DNA of 64,000 bases from Candidatus Roizmanbacteria bacterium RIFCSPHIGHO2_02_FULL_37_13b (GTDB taxonomy: Bacteria; Patescibacteriota; Microgenomatia; UBA1406; HO2-37-13b), in assembly GCA_001789395.1 (NCBI GenBank), contig MFZK01000003.1:48390-112389 (forward strand), written 5' to 3'. Below, piece after piece: positions 9,499-20,786 of the stretch. The notes under the pieces are model-generated. The model ran no database searches and was not told the origin of the DNA. It saw only the letters and a program-made list of their open reading frames with translations. A program made the translations under genes and the position numbers. Numbering within the stretch: the first letter of the stretch is position 1; the number at the start of each line of letters is the position of its first letter.

Positions 9499-11205
9499 AT
9501 GTCCAATATTAGAGCTTTTTTAATCAAATACAAAAATATATTAGATTTGAACGAATTGATTATAATCTTTTGCATCTCTATTGTGGTCGTTATTTTAAGT
9601 TTTTCCCATGTTCTATACGGTCTTGCACAAACTCCCAAAGGCTCAATATATCTTTTTAATGGTCATTACTATTTGGATTACTTTTATTATCTTGCCTTTG
9701 TTGCACAGGGAATTTTTGGCAAATTGATTGCTATCCAGGTATTTGCCACAGATGATTTTAGTATTTATCCCCATTTGTGGCCATATATATTGATAGGGAA
9801 CCTAGGTCGACTTTTTTTCTTGGATGTAATTAAATCATATTGGTTTGCCAATATGGGATTCATTGCACTTATCGTATTTCAAACATTTTTTGTAATTAAG
9901 AAATTATTCAAACATGACAAATTTTCATTTCATATGCTTGCATTGCTGCTCACAATTTTTGCTTCACCACTATTTATCTTTTTAAATTTTAAGCCTACTA
10001 CAAACATAAGAATCTGGGAATATTGGTATTCATATGGTAATTTTTTTCATCGATTTGAAACGGTACCTCACCATCTTTTAAGTTATATCTTAGTCGTGTT
10101 GGCAATCTCTTTAATTGATAGATTAATTTTTTCAATTGAAAAATACACATTTAAAAAAATTGTTTTGAAGACAATCATCGTTTCTATTGTCTTACTTGCC
10201 GGATTCAGCATCAATCCCTTTTTCACTGCTCTAATTACAGGCGTAATAATATTGACACTAATAATTTATTCAGCATTCTATTTTAGACAACAGCATCTAC
10301 TCGGTAATAAATTATTTCTTACCGCGATTCTTCTGACGATACTTTTTGCATGCGGTGCCTATATTTATCAGCATTTTTATTTAACCAATGCTATATTTCT
10401 GAAAAATTTTAAAGCGACAGAAAGTAATTATCATCAATTTGTGGATTTTAAAACCTGGATCTTAAATATCGGCATCATATGTTTTTTTATTCCTTTCGGA
10501 ATTAAATCATTTTTTAGAGAAATAAAACCAATTAAAATCATATTATTATTAACGGTACTTTTTAGTACGATTATTTATTTCACAAGAATTGATTCACTTT
10601 TTGGCACCCATAATGGCCGCTTTATATCACCGATAAACTACTTGCTATATGGATCACTGGCAATTATGGGAATTAAAGAAATAAGTAAAAGATTGATAAA
10701 ACCCGGTTTTTCGTTTGTACTGATAATAACATTCGTTCTTTTAAGCTTTATTCCTCCAAATATTGTTTTTTTTAAAAGCATGATTAATGACAAAAACATT
10801 ATGTCTCCCATTAGTTATCTTCCTGAAGGAATACTAAAAGGTTACAATTATTTAAATACATTTGAAGACGACAAAGTGGTATTAACAACACCAAGTCAAT
10901 TTTTGGGTCAAGTCCTTCCAGCGTTCGTTAACAAAAAAGTATATATTGCCCGCTACATTGCTACACCAAACTTTTTGGAGAAATCTTATGGAGTTGACTG
11001 GTTTTATCTTGGTAAGATGACAAAAAAGGAAGCCATAAATTTTTTAAATAAAAATAATATTGGCTATATTGTATTAACTTCAATTGAAGGCTATGTGAAG
11101 GAACCTTTTTTAAAATATCCATTTAAGGAAAAAATCTATAAGAATTATCCTTTTTTGGAACGAATCTACCTGAATAACGACATTGTGATTTTTAAAGTAG
11201 TTTAG
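9499..11205 (+). CDS. Polytopic membrane protein of unknown function (GT-C-like candidate)
   Basis: 568 aa, many TM helices, hydrophilic C-terminal ~150 aa; sits in the glycan cluster. Confidence 0.5.
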   Translation: MSNIRAFLIKYKNILDLNELIIIFCISIVVVILSFSHVLYGLAQTPKGSIYLFNGHYYLDYFYYLAFVAQGIFGKLIAIQVFATDDFSIYPHLWPYILIGNLGRLFFLDVIKSYWFANMGFIALIVFQTFFVIKKLFKHDKFSFHMLALLLTIFASPLFIFLNFKPTTNIRIWEYWYSYGNFFHRFETVPHHLLSYILVVLAISLIDRLIFSIEKYTFKKIVLKTIIVSIVLLAGFSINPFFTALITGVIILTLIIYSAFYFRQQHLLGNKLFLTAILLTILFACGAYIYQHFYLTNAIFLKNFKATESNYHQFVDFKTWILNIGIICFFIPFGIKSFFREIKPIKIILLLTVLFSTIIYFTRIDSLFGTHNGRFISPINYLLYGSLAIMGIKEISKRLIKPGFSFVLIITFVLLSFIPPNIVFFKSMINDKNIMSPISYLPEGILKGYNYLNTFEDDKVVLTTPSQFLGQVLPAFVNKKVYIARYIATPNFLEKSYGVDWFYLGKMTKKEAINFLNKNNIGYIVLTSIEGYVKEPFLKYPFKEKIYKNYPFLERIYLNNDIVIFKVV

Positions 11206-12374
11206 TTTTTCTTGCTAAATCTTTGGACTATCTCATGTAATACCTTTATGACATATTTAATATCCTCTGTTTTGAATCCAGGTCCAAGCGGTAAGGAAAT
11301 AGTCCTGTCTCCAATAAATTCTGCCTTAGGATAATCTCCTTTTTTAAAGCCATATTTGCTCCTGTAGAACGAATGCATATGAGCAGGGATAAAATGAACA
11401 CCAGCTCCGACATTTCGTTTGATCATTTCATAAATAAATTGATCCCGGTTAACGGTCATTTGTTCTAAGTTGATAAGAATTGTATAAAGATGACGAGCAT
11501 GCACCATTGACTTATCAAGCATTGCAGGTAGAGTAATTTGATTTATTCTCTCCAACCCTTGTGAATACATATTCCATTGTTTAACTCGTGTTTTGAGATT
11601 TTGTTCTATTCTTTTTAACTGCATTATACCTATAGACGAGGCTATATCCGTCAGATTGTATTTATATCCGGGAAATAAACATTGATAGTGGGAAAAATGC
11701 TTGACAGAGTACCTTCTGTAGGCATCGCGCGATAAACCATGCAAACTTAGAATTCTCATTTTATCAGCCAACTTTTTATTATTTGTTGTTATCATTCCTC
11801 CTTCTGCGGTCGTTAGGTTCTTTGTGACATAAAATGAAAAAACTGTTATATCACCAATTGATCCTATTTTTTTATTTTTGTACCACGCTTCAATCGCATG
11901 TGCTGCATCCTCGATGACAGATAAATTATTTTTTTTTGCGATTGCCATTATTTTGTCCATATCACATGGCCGACCATATAGATGCACCGGCAAAATTACT
12001 TTTGTTTTTTTGGTAATTTTTTTTTCAATAAGTGATGGATCCATATTCCCGTCCGGCTTGACATCTACAAAAACGGGTTTGGCCCCACAATGCAATATCA
12101 CATTGACAGTCGCCGGAAAGGTTAGGGGAGAGGTGATAACTTCATCACCCGGTCTTACACCAACTGCATTAAGCGCAAGATGAAGTCCGGCAGTACATGA
12201 ATTAACCGCGAGTGCATATTTTGCGTGAGTATATTTAGCGAATTTATGTTCAAACTCTTCTGTTTTAGGACCTGTTCCTATCCAACCTGATTTCAGTGTT
12301 TTAACAACTGTTTTAATATCTTCCTGACGGATATCCGGCTGGCCAAATACGATGAATTTTCTCTTACGGGTCAT
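11202..12374 (-). CDS. DegT/DnrJ/EryC1/StrS family PLP-dependent sugar aminotransferase
   Basis: N-terminus [39 protein letters not shown] and the lysine region [14 protein letters not shown] are characteristic of this family. Confidence 0.8.
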   Translation of the reverse strand: MTRKRKFIVFGQPDIRQEDIKTVVKTLKSGWIGTGPKTEEFEHKFAKYTHAKYALAVNSCTAGLHLALNAVGVRPGDEVITSPLTFPATVNVILHCGAKPVFVDVKPDGNMDPSLIEKKITKKTKVILPVHLYGRPCDMDKIMAIAKKNNLSVIEDAAHAIEAWYKNKKIGSIGDITVFSFYVTKNLTTAEGGMITTNNKKLADKMRILSLHGLSRDAYRRYSVKHFSHYQCLFPGYKYNLTDIASSIGIMQLKRIEQNLKTRVKQWNMYSQGLERINQITLPAMLDKSMVHARHLYTILINLEQMTVNRDQFIYEMIKRNVGAGVHFIPAHMHSFYRSKYGFKKGDYPKAEFIGDRTISLPLGPGFKTEDIKYVIKVLHEIVQRFSKKN

Positions 12375-12913
12375 TTTAATTTTTTTATTATTTTTGCCGG
12401 ACTCCCGGCGACTACTGATCTTGGGGGTACATCAACCGTCACAACTGAACCGGCACCGACAACAGATTCTTTTCCAATTTTAACTCCCGGCATAATAATC
12501 GAACCAACACCAATAAAACATCCATTGTCAAATACAGTGGTTTTAGTATTCTTTTTTATATATTTTTGCAATGGGTGCTCTTTGAATCCTACATTCGTAT
12601 GAGTTAGAATGAAACTTCGATTCGATAATGTTACATGATTACTTAAAATTACTTTACCGGCAAGATCTATCATAACTTCGTTGCCCAAAAAACAATTATC
12701 AGCTATCTTTAAACTAGAAAATCCGTTGTGGTAATAATTATAAAACTGGACATTATGCATAACGCAATTTTTACCTATATTTGCACCGAATAATCTCAAA
12801 ATGAACACTCTGAAAAATGGAAATAAACAATGATTAAATATTGCATTGATAATTGTTAAATAAACAAATCTCATCGCTTTTTGAAATCCTATTTCCTTTA
12901 ATGCTTTTATCAT
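12371..12913 (-). CDS. Left-handed beta-helix (hexapeptide) sugar O/N-acetyltransferase
   Basis: Hexapeptide repeats and C-terminal [33 protein letters not shown], WcaF/LacA-like. Confidence 0.7.
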   Translation of the reverse strand: MIKALKEIGFQKAMRFVYLTIINAIFNHCLFPFFRVFILRLFGANIGKNCVMHNVQFYNYYHNGFSSLKIADNCFLGNEVMIDLAGKVILSNHVTLSNRSFILTHTNVGFKEHPLQKYIKKNTKTTVFDNGCFIGVGSIIMPGVKIGKESVVGAGSVVTVDVPPRSVVAGSPAKIIKKLK

Positions 12914-13617
12914 CGATTCTTTAAAAATAGTGATATTAAATTGATTAAATATTCAGTTGAGTCTTTAATCGTATGCACCGTTGATTTTTTACTAAATTTT
13001 TTTTTATAGACAAGTGGAATTTCACAAACCGTCAAACCCATTTTAACTGCATAAAAGACAATTTCCGTATCCCAAAACCAACCCGGATTTTTTGCCTTTT
13101 TCAATACTGAAAGTATCTTACTTCGATGAAAAAACTTGAATCCTGATTCAGTATCTGAAACTGGCAAGTGGAACAATTTTTTGACAAATAATGCATATAC
13201 TTTTGTCGCAATATAACGATGAATTAATCTAAATGTAAACACATAGTCACGTTTACCGACAACAAAATCATTTTTTAATAGACAATGTAATGCAGGCTGT
13301 ATATATTCAGGGCTTATTTCCAAGTCGGCATCTATATATCCGGCTATCTCTCCCTGAGCTACGTCCAGTCCATCTGTCACTGATTTACCACGACCAAAAT
13401 TCTTACTATGTGTAATTAAAACCGTGGGGATATCTGGACGACTTTTTATGAGAGAGCGAATTATTGATATTGTATGATCTTTGCTTTTATCATCAACAAA
13501 AATTATTTCAAAAGGCCTATTTATTTTTTTTAAAAAAGTCAGAAGTGTTGTGTAGCTTGTTTTCAAATGTTCAGCTTCATTGAAGCACGCCAGAACAAGT
13601 GATAAGTATATCTTCAT
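12910..13617 (-). CDS. GT2 polyprenyl-phosphate sugar synthase-like glycosyltransferase (DPM1/ArnC type)
   Basis: [18 protein letters not shown]...[12 protein letters not shown]. The start was moved to the internal Met at 13617, because the longer ORF (to 13656) would overlap the divergent gene start. Confidence 0.65.
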   Translation of the reverse strand: MKIYLSLVLACFNEAEHLKTSYTTLLTFLKKINRPFEIIFVDDKSKDHTISIIRSLIKSRPDIPTVLITHSKNFGRGKSVTDGLDVAQGEIAGYIDADLEISPEYIQPALHCLLKNDFVVGKRDYVFTFRLIHRYIATKVYALFVKKLFHLPVSDTESGFKFFHRSKILSVLKKAKNPGWFWDTEIVFYAVKMGLTVCEIPLVYKKKFSKKSTVHTIKDSTEYLINLISLFLKNR

Positions 13618-13654
13618 GTTTAATTTGCAGTATGTATTATATACAATTGAAAAC

Positions 13655-15121
13655 ATGAAGAAAGTGCTTTTCCTAGTCTATATAATTCTTATCCTGATTT
13701 TGGTGAAATCAATTGCACTTTCCGGCTATTATTATCGCTTTGACAATGATGAACTTTATCATTTACAAAAGGTATTTCTATTAGCTCAGGGGTATAAACC
13801 ATACCTGCAATTTTATTCTGTTTATGCTCCATTTCTTCACTATTTCTTACTTCCCATTTTCTTGACGTTTGGCTTTTCTGTCAAAACGTTGTATTTCGCA
13901 AAAATCGCGATGATTTGTCTTTTTTTATGCCGAGTTATACTCATGACTTTTTTTGTTAAAAAGATTTTTGGCCAAAATACCGCGTTTTGGTTTCTACCGA
14001 TCATGTTGATGGAACCTTTTACCTTAGTCACCGGAATGCAAACGCGTCCGGAAAATTTTGCGTTGCTTCTTCTTTCTGTGTTTTTAATAATTCTTTATTA
14101 TGCACTTAAATCACAATCCGCAAAAAAAATATTTTTATCCGGTATATTTTTGACTTTGACTTTCTTTGGATCTCTCAAACTATTACCTGCTGTATTAATG
14201 ATTATTTTAGGTCTAAGTATTTATTGTTTCCTTAATAATAAGAAAAGACTATTGCTTTATTTTTTTGATGGTTTAATAGCTGCTTTTTTTCTTCTTTTTT
14301 TATTTTTTTATTTTTCGGGCAATATGTTGCCGGCATTTCAACAATTACTTCTTGATCCATTACTTCTAAATATGACCATACCCATCTCAACTCCATTCAA
14401 TTTCTTTTATATGATTGAGAGTAGTCTGCTTTTTGGGAAATTAGGACGACCAATAACATGGATTTGGGCGTTGGTACTACCTATGGCTGCATTTGCAGCG
14501 TCATATAAAGTTTTTTTAGAGTCTATAATTAATAATGTAAAATCCGGTAAATATTTTTTTTATTTAGGACTTTCGCTAGCTTTTTTTGTCACCTGGATAT
14601 CAATGCTTTTTATAAATTCTGTCTGGATGCAATATTATCTTCCTTTAACCTGGTTCTATTGTCTTTTCACAGCGGTTTTAATTAATGATATTCAAACCAA
14701 TATAAAGATAAAGACGGCTTTCCGACAAATATTCACTATAATTATGATCATTTTTCTAATCATGGTAGGTAAAACCACCTATGAAGGTAATCTGGTCCGG
14801 TCAACCGGAAGTAACACGATCGAATTACAAAATATCGAAACTTTGTGGAAAATTGTACCGCTCAAAGAAAAAACATTTCCAAATATCCTGTTTCGTCTGC
14901 CAGCTTATCCAATCATCTATGGTGGGACACTTGCTCCCTATATGATCGAGCGCTTTGGACCTGTATATAGAATGCTTCAAAAAAATAATGTAAATATAAT
15001 TACTGCCGAAGAAAACTACATTCGCAGCCTTGATAAAGATTCTCAAAATTATATTTTTATTAACTTTAAAAAAGATTCCCCAAATCCAATCATCTGGCGG
15101 AGAATCATAAAATCCATTTAG
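13655..15121 (+). CDS. Polytopic membrane protein (GT-C-like candidate)
   Basis: Start taken at MKKVLFLVYIILIL (13655); >10 TM helices; divergent from the GT2 at 12910..13617, a typical synthase/GT-C pairing. Confidence 0.5.
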   Translation: MKKVLFLVYIILILILVKSIALSGYYYRFDNDELYHLQKVFLLAQGYKPYLQFYSVYAPFLHYFLLPIFLTFGFSVKTLYFAKIAMICLFLCRVILMTFFVKKIFGQNTAFWFLPIMLMEPFTLVTGMQTRPENFALLLLSVFLIILYYALKSQSAKKIFLSGIFLTLTFFGSLKLLPAVLMIILGLSIYCFLNNKKRLLLYFFDGLIAAFFLLFLFFYFSGNMLPAFQQLLLDPLLLNMTIPISTPFNFFYMIESSLLFGKLGRPITWIWALVLPMAAFAASYKVFLESIINNVKSGKYFFYLGLSLAFFVTWISMLFINSVWMQYYLPLTWFYCLFTAVLINDIQTNIKIKTAFRQIFTIIMIIFLIMVGKTTYEGNLVRSTGSNTIELQNIETLWKIVPLKEKTFPNILFRLPAYPIIYGGTLAPYMIERFGPVYRMLQKNNVNIITAEENYIRSLDKDSQNYIFINFKKDSPNPIIWRRIIKSI

Positions 15122-15193
15122 TAGTTGATTTTTTATTTTTTTTAATTTATAGTTTAATAACCTTATTTCTTTATAAATTTAATAAAAATAAAT

Positions 15194-15898
15194 ATGTCGG
15201 AAAACGCACATCATCAGGATACAAATAATAAGTATATGTTATCACTTGCAAGCATTGCCCTCTTAGTAGTTTTTTTGGGTGTCGTTTTTTTTCTCTATAT
15301 GAAATCGAGTAAAAAATCTGAAGTCGTTTTCCCTGCCGGTTTAAATTACACGGGAACTGAGACAACGCCGATGCCTACTACGCCGCCAAAGAAAGAATAC
15401 AATTGGGGACAGCTTTCTTCAGCTGGAGATTGGGGAACATTTGTATCACAAAGAAAACAATATACTTTTAACCATCCTAAAGAATTGTACCCATTGATTT
15501 TTCCCGGAGATGTCAACGATTCAATGACATTTGATATAGCGGACGTCCCTGTACAACTTAACTTAATGGTATTGGTTGAAAATATCTCAAATTATGATCC
15601 TAAGCTTGCCGGTCAACAGGAAAAATTCGCGAAAGATTATTGGAAATTTTTTGGTGGTTTGAAACAAATGAACACATTTGAACCTTATAAAACTGAAAAG
15701 GGACTTAATGGATTTAAAGTTAATTATGTGACAAGAAGCGGTGCCATCACAAATGACAGCTATTTTCTGATGATCCCGGGTGATAAGAATCGAGTTATTC
15801 ATTTTGTCAATATTTTTCCAAAGGAAGCCGAAATTCTATTTACGAGAATTTTAAATAGCCTTGATTTCAAGATACCTACACCAGAACCGACTAAGTAA
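15194..15898 (+). CDS. Hypothetical extracytoplasmic protein with N-terminal signal anchor
   Basis: TM helix LSLASIALLVVFLGVVFFLYM, then a Pro/Thr linker TTPMPTTPPKK and a hydrophilic domain. Confidence 0.45.
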   Translation: MSENAHHQDTNNKYMLSLASIALLVVFLGVVFFLYMKSSKKSEVVFPAGLNYTGTETTPMPTTPPKKEYNWGQLSSAGDWGTFVSQRKQYTFNHPKELYPLIFPGDVNDSMTFDIADVPVQLNLMVLVENISNYDPKLAGQQEKFAKDYWKFFGGLKQMNTFEPYKTEKGLNGFKVNYVTRSGAITNDSYFLMIPGDKNRVIHFVNIFPKEAEILFTRILNSLDFKIPTPEPTK

Positions 15899-17141
15899 GT
15901 TTCTTGAGAAATTTCTCAAGAATTAACATTGTATAAACCAGCATGGATTGGTTAATACCGGGATATACACCGATCCAAAAACCGTTATTCATTATTAAAT
16001 CTGCATTTATTTGTTGTCCTATAATTTTGCAACTTATTTCTCTGTAAACCGGATGATGAAGCAGATTGCCGGAAAAGATATTTCTTGTACCGATCAAATT
16101 CTTTTCCAAATATTGTGTGAGTTCGTTTCTTGTAAAAGGAGCGTCATGCTTTACTAAGACAGCAAAACCAAACCAACATGGATCTTCATTTTCAGATCGC
16201 ACTATTAGATCAAAATATTTATCATATTTTTTAAAAAAAGCGTAGTATGCCTCATAATTTCTTTTTCTTGTCTTGATGAAATTTGGCAGCTTCTTAAGCT
16301 GAGCTACACCAATAGCGGCCTGAAAATCAGTTAGTTTCAAATTGAATCCAATCTGCGAATAGATGTATTTATGATCATATCCATATGGAAGCTGGCCTAA
16401 TTTCCAATCAAATCTTCTTCCGCAGGTATTATCACATCCTGTATCACACCAGCAATCCCGACCCCAATCGCGAAATTGTCTTATCGAGCGATGGATAAGA
16501 GGTTTATTAGTTATTACAGCACCCCCCTCACCCATAGTGATCTGATGAGCAGGGTAGAAACTAAAGGTAGCAATATCACCAAATGTTCCTACTAGCCGAC
16601 CATTATATCGCGATCCTAAAGCATCACAACAATCTTCAATAAACCAAAGATTGTATTTTTTGACTAATTTCAATATTATTTTTAAATCAAAAGGTTTTCC
16701 TAAGGTATGCGCTATCATAATAAGCCGCGTTTTTTTAGTGATAGCTTTTTCAATTTTTGAGGAATCGATATTTAGCGTACGAATATCCGCATCTATAAAT
16801 ACAGGTCTCAATCCATACAGAATTCCCGGATTAACCGTCGTTGGAAAAGCGGCGGATGTCGTAATATACTCATCACCGGGTTTTAATCGTCTTTCTCCAA
16901 ATATCTTTGACGTTAGACTTGCCAAAGCAACAAGATTGGCTGATGATCCTGAATTAACGAGTGATACATAATTTACTCCTAAATATTTTTTGAAATCCGA
17001 TTCAAACTGCTTGGCAAACCGCCCTTCAGTCCACCAACCGTCCCGTGCTGCAGCAATTGCATTATCAATTTCGGCTCTATCAAAGACTTTTCCGGAGGAG
17101 GGGATATAGGTTTTACCGGGTATAAACTTTTTATTAACCAT
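15891..17141 (-). CDS. NDP-4-keto-6-deoxyhexose 3-dehydratase-like PLP/PMP enzyme (RfbH/DdhC/E1 family, DegT superfamily)
   Basis: N-terminus KFIPGKTYIPSSGKVFDRAEIDNAIAAARDGWWTEGRFAKQFE matches the RfbH/DdhC pattern; length 416 aa. Confidence 0.7.
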   Translation of the reverse strand: MVNKKFIPGKTYIPSSGKVFDRAEIDNAIAAARDGWWTEGRFAKQFESDFKKYLGVNYVSLVNSGSSANLVALASLTSKIFGERRLKPGDEYITTSAAFPTTVNPGILYGLRPVFIDADIRTLNIDSSKIEKAITKKTRLIMIAHTLGKPFDLKIILKLVKKYNLWFIEDCCDALGSRYNGRLVGTFGDIATFSFYPAHQITMGEGGAVITNKPLIHRSIRQFRDWGRDCWCDTGCDNTCGRRFDWKLGQLPYGYDHKYIYSQIGFNLKLTDFQAAIGVAQLKKLPNFIKTRKRNYEAYYAFFKKYDKYFDLIVRSENEDPCWFGFAVLVKHDAPFTRNELTQYLEKNLIGTRNIFSGNLLHHPVYREISCKIIGQQINADLIMNNGFWIGVYPGINQSMLVYTMLILEKFLKKLT

Positions 17142-18090
17142 GGTGAAGTTTTGATTTGTCTATATTTATTGAATCTTCAATAATATACATTGGTCTTCTT
17201 TTAGTTTCTTCAACAATAACCTGAATATATTTTCCTAAAATACTGATTGCCAAAAGAGTAATTCCACCAAAAAAAACAATCGCTAACATCAGAGGAATCG
17301 ACGCCTGGATCGGATTTCCAATCGCTATGACCCAGTATAGATAACCGACAATAAATATAAACGATAGAATAACCAAAATAAATCCGCTATAAATCATTAA
17401 ATCCAATGGCAAATATGAAAAACCAAACAAACCACGTTCCGCATGCTTTAAATAATCAAAAAAAGTATAACTGCTTTTACCATTGACGCGTTCTTGTCTT
17501 TTATATGGAATATATGCCCGTTTAAACCCAACCCAAGAAAGAAGTCCACGCCCAAAACGATTTTTTTCAGGCAGTGATATTAATGCATTCAATACTTTTC
17601 GATCAAATAAACCAAATCCTATTGTATTTGGAGGAAAATCAATGCTAGTCATCTTTCTTGAAACTCTGTAATATAATTTACGCATTAAGGCTATGAATAA
17701 TGATTTTTCTGATCTTTCATACGTACCTAAGACAATATCATATCCTTCTTCCCATTTTTTTATCAATTTTGTTATTACTTCAGGAGGATCCTGCATATCA
17801 GCTCCAAATCCGATTATAGCATCACCAGAAGCTTGATAAAGTGCTGCATGACCTGATGCTTCAGGTCCAAAGTTGCGTGATAAAAATATGCCTATAGCTC
17901 GTTTATCTTTCTTTGCAAGTTTAATAATTTCCTCTCGGGTATTGTCAGTGCTGCAATTATCAGCAAAAATGATCTCGAAATCGTAATTTTTGAAAGAATC
18001 AATAATTTTTTTTAGTTTATGATACATGAGAGAAATATTTTTTTCTTCATTAAGGCTTTGAATACATATTGAAATATTTTTTTGTCTCAT
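17134..18090 (-). CDS. GT2 polyprenyl-phosphate glycosyltransferase (ArnC/GtrB/DPM1-like) with C-terminal TM helices
   Basis: ISICIQSLNEEKNI...IIFADNCSTDNT DxD region; two C-terminal TM helices typical of ArnC/GtrB. Confidence 0.75.
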   Translation of the reverse strand: MRQKNISICIQSLNEEKNISLMYHKLKKIIDSFKNYDFEIIFADNCSTDNTREEIIKLAKKDKRAIGIFLSRNFGPEASGHAALYQASGDAIIGFGADMQDPPEVITKLIKKWEEGYDIVLGTYERSEKSLFIALMRKLYYRVSRKMTSIDFPPNTIGFGLFDRKVLNALISLPEKNRFGRGLLSWVGFKRAYIPYKRQERVNGKSSYTFFDYLKHAERGLFGFSYLPLDLMIYSGFILVILSFIFIVGYLYWVIAIGNPIQASIPLMLAIVFFGGITLLAISILGKYIQVIVEETKRRPMYIIEDSINIDKSKLHHG

Positions 18091-19031
18091 GAAACACCAG
18101 CAAGTAATTTATATTCTTTTTTTCTTTCTCTTAGTATGGTTTTGTTCGGCAAAATTATTTTGTATTTCCCAACATCAATCATTGTTTTTTTCTCTTCGAC
18201 TGTAAATAATTGTTCACGTAATTTTTCTCGCTCACGCAGTCCGATAATTTCAATTTTAATTTTTTTATGAGAAGAATTTTTTTTAATTGTCTCCATAGCT
18301 AAATCGTAAATTTTTTTTTCTCTCATTTTAAGAACAAATATTTCCTGACCTTGCATAACTGCTGTAGCTGATAGTATTAAACTTACTGCTTCTGACGTCG
18401 ACATGAAAAATCTTTTCATCGATTTTGAGGTTACCGTCACTGGTAATCCTTTCTTTATTTGCTCAATCCATGTAGGAATTACCGATCCGCGTGAATTTAA
18501 AACATTACCAAATCTGACTACGGCGAATTTTGTGATTGATGGACCAATATAACTTTTTGAAGATACGACCATTCTCTCCATTAATAGTTTAGTTACCCCC
18601 ATTATAGTATTTGGATTCACGGCCTTATCGGTTGATACGGCAACAACTCGATCTATATTCATATCAATACTTAAATCAATAAGGTTCTGAGTTCCCTGGA
18701 CATTTGTTTTTATTGCTTCAAAAGGATTATATTCACAATAGGGAACGTGCTTTAATGCAGCCGTATGATATACAATATCAACATTTCTTAATGCGATTGA
18801 CAATCGTTCTTTATCGCGTATATCGCCAATTAAATACTTGACATCAACTTTAGTATTTGTCTGTAAGATTTCTTTTTCAAGGAAAAAATGTTTAGATTCA
18901 TCCCGGGAATATATTCTTATCTGTTTACACGGGTATGCTAATAATTGTTTCACTAGTTCACTACCTATAGAACCTGTACCGCCGGTTATCAAAATGTTCT
19001 TATTACGGAATATTGAAGTTAAATCTATCAT
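18087..19031 (-). CDS. UDP-N-acetylglucosamine 4,6-dehydratase (PseB/CapD/FlaA1-like SDR)
   Basis: ILITGGTGSIGSELVKQLL...IRIYSRDESK is the characteristic short PseB/CapD N-terminus. Confidence 0.75.
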   Translation of the reverse strand: MIDLTSIFRNKNILITGGTGSIGSELVKQLLAYPCKQIRIYSRDESKHFFLEKEILQTNTKVDVKYLIGDIRDKERLSIALRNVDIVYHTAALKHVPYCEYNPFEAIKTNVQGTQNLIDLSIDMNIDRVVAVSTDKAVNPNTIMGVTKLLMERMVVSSKSYIGPSITKFAVVRFGNVLNSRGSVIPTWIEQIKKGLPVTVTSKSMKRFFMSTSEAVSLILSATAVMQGQEIFVLKMREKKIYDLAMETIKKNSSHKKIKIEIIGLREREKLREQLFTVEEKKTMIDVGKYKIILPNKTILRERKKEYKLLAGVS

Positions 19032-20146
19032 GATATCAACGGCTTAATCTTATCACAAATATAAGTTATTTCGGCTTTATTAAGTCCGATATAGAAAGGA
19101 AGAGCTAAGGTTTGACTTGAGATTTTTTCAGCAATTGGAAAATCATTCTTTTTAAACCCGTACATTTTTTTCATAAATGGTTGAAGATGTATCGTTGGAA
19201 TATATGGTTTTGTTTGTATCCCCATTTTACTTAATTTATTTATAATTTGATTTCTATTCCGGTTCAAAATTCTGATAACATATACAAACCATGAATGAGT
19301 TCTACCTATGCCAATTTTTGGAGTAATTATATTTGAAATAGACCGCAGTTTCATATCATAATATTCAGCAATTTTTCTTTTTTCTCTAATCATCCAATCT
19401 AGCTTCTTAAGTTGAGTCGTTCCTAATGCAGCGCTCATCTCATCCATACGATAGTTATAACCCAATCTCACATGATTTAGCCACTCTCGATTTTCACTCC
19501 GTCCTTGATTTCGTAAACTATTACAAAGTTGATAAATTCTTTTTGATTTTGTTACTAACATTCCACCTTCACCTGTAGTCATTTGTTTGTTCGGATAAAA
19601 AGCATAGACACCAACATCTCCAAACGAACCAGCCCATTTACCACGATATTTTGCTCCAAGACTTTCACAAGCATCTTCAATTATAGCCAAGTTATATTTA
19701 CGTGCGACAGCCATAATAGGATTCATATCCGCAGTTTGACCAAATATGTGAACCACAAGAATCGCCTTTGTTCGTTTTGTTATAGCTGATTCAATTTTAT
19801 GAGGATCGATGTTAAACGTGTCTTCTTCTATGTCGACAAACACTGGTTTAACATTCTCATATAGCAAACAATTACTTGATGCTATAAATGAAAAAGGAGA
19901 TGTTATAACCTCATCTCCTAATCCTAATCCTAACGCCTTAACTGCTAAATGTAACCCTGCCGTACCACTAGATACAGCCACTGCATATTTAACTTTTGCA
20001 TAATGTGTAACCAATTTTTCAAATTCGCTATACTTTGGACCCAATGATAATAAACCTGATTTTAGTACATCACTAACCGTCTTAATATCTCCGGAATCAA
20101 TATATGGTTTTGCTACTTGAATTATTTTCCTCACATTTTTTTTCAT
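19028..20146 (-). CDS. DegT-family aminotransferase (PseC/LegC-like nucleotide-sugar 4-aminotransferase)
   Basis: DegT motifs; PLP-lysine region AFYPNKQMTTGEGG; in an operon with the 4,6-dehydratase. Confidence 0.8.
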   Translation of the reverse strand: MKKNVRKIIQVAKPYIDSGDIKTVSDVLKSGLLSLGPKYSEFEKLVTHYAKVKYAVAVSSGTAGLHLAVKALGLGLGDEVITSPFSFIASSNCLLYENVKPVFVDIEEDTFNIDPHKIESAITKRTKAILVVHIFGQTADMNPIMAVARKYNLAIIEDACESLGAKYRGKWAGSFGDVGVYAFYPNKQMTTGEGGMLVTKSKRIYQLCNSLRNQGRSENREWLNHVRLGYNYRMDEMSAALGTTQLKKLDWMIREKRKIAEYYDMKLRSISNIITPKIGIGRTHSWFVYVIRILNRNRNQIINKLSKMGIQTKPYIPTIHLQPFMKKMYGFKKNDFPIAEKISSQTLALPFYIGLNKAEITYICDKIKPLIS

Positions 20147-20784
20147 TGATAAATATTTCGTATTTCTTTTTTGCTATGAAATATTTTTGCTGGATTTCCT
20201 CTTAAGGCTAGATTGTCTTGTAAATATGAGTGGGTAACAATTGATCCCATTGCCACAAATGTATTTTTTCCTAAATTAATATGATTTCTCAAACAACTGC
20301 CCAATCCTATAAAACTATTATCTCCAATTTTAACACCACCACCTGTCACTACTCGAGGTGCTAAATGTGAAAAACTCCCAATTGAATTATCATGTTCAAT
20401 AATACATCCCGTGTTTATATAAACACCATCATCAATTTTTGAATTTATGTTAATGATTGTATTAGCTCCGATAAAAACATTATTACCTAAAACCACATTT
20501 TCTTCAATAATTGAACATGGATGAATAATATTAATACAATTTATGTCCATTTTTTTTAATTTTAAATAAATTTTGCTCCTGACCAAATTATTGGCAATGG
20601 CTATAAAAACAGTAAAATTGCCGGCTTTATTAATCAAGAGTGGAATATCTGTAATTCTTCCCAAACAATCTGTTTTTTTTTCATCATCGATGAACCCCAG
20701 TAAATGATATTTTTTTGATTTCATTACCAGATACTTTACTATCTCTCCCTGATCACCATGTCCTATTATGACCAATTTTTTCAT
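20143..20784 (-). CDS. NeuD/PglD-family hexapeptide N-acetyltransferase
   Basis: MKKLVIIGHGDQGEIV N-terminal Rossmann-like segment plus a C-terminal LbH repeat, characteristic of NeuD/PglD/LegH. Confidence 0.75.
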   Translation of the reverse strand: MKKLVIIGHGDQGEIVKYLVMKSKKYHLLGFIDDEKKTDCLGRITDIPLLINKAGNFTVFIAIANNLVRSKIYLKLKKMDINCINIIHPCSIIEENVVLGNNVFIGANTIININSKIDDGVYINTGCIIEHDNSIGSFSHLAPRVVTGGGVKIGDNSFIGLGSCLRNHINLGKNTFVAMGSIVTHSYLQDNLALRGNPAKIFHSKKEIRNIYQ

Positions 20785-20786
20785 AT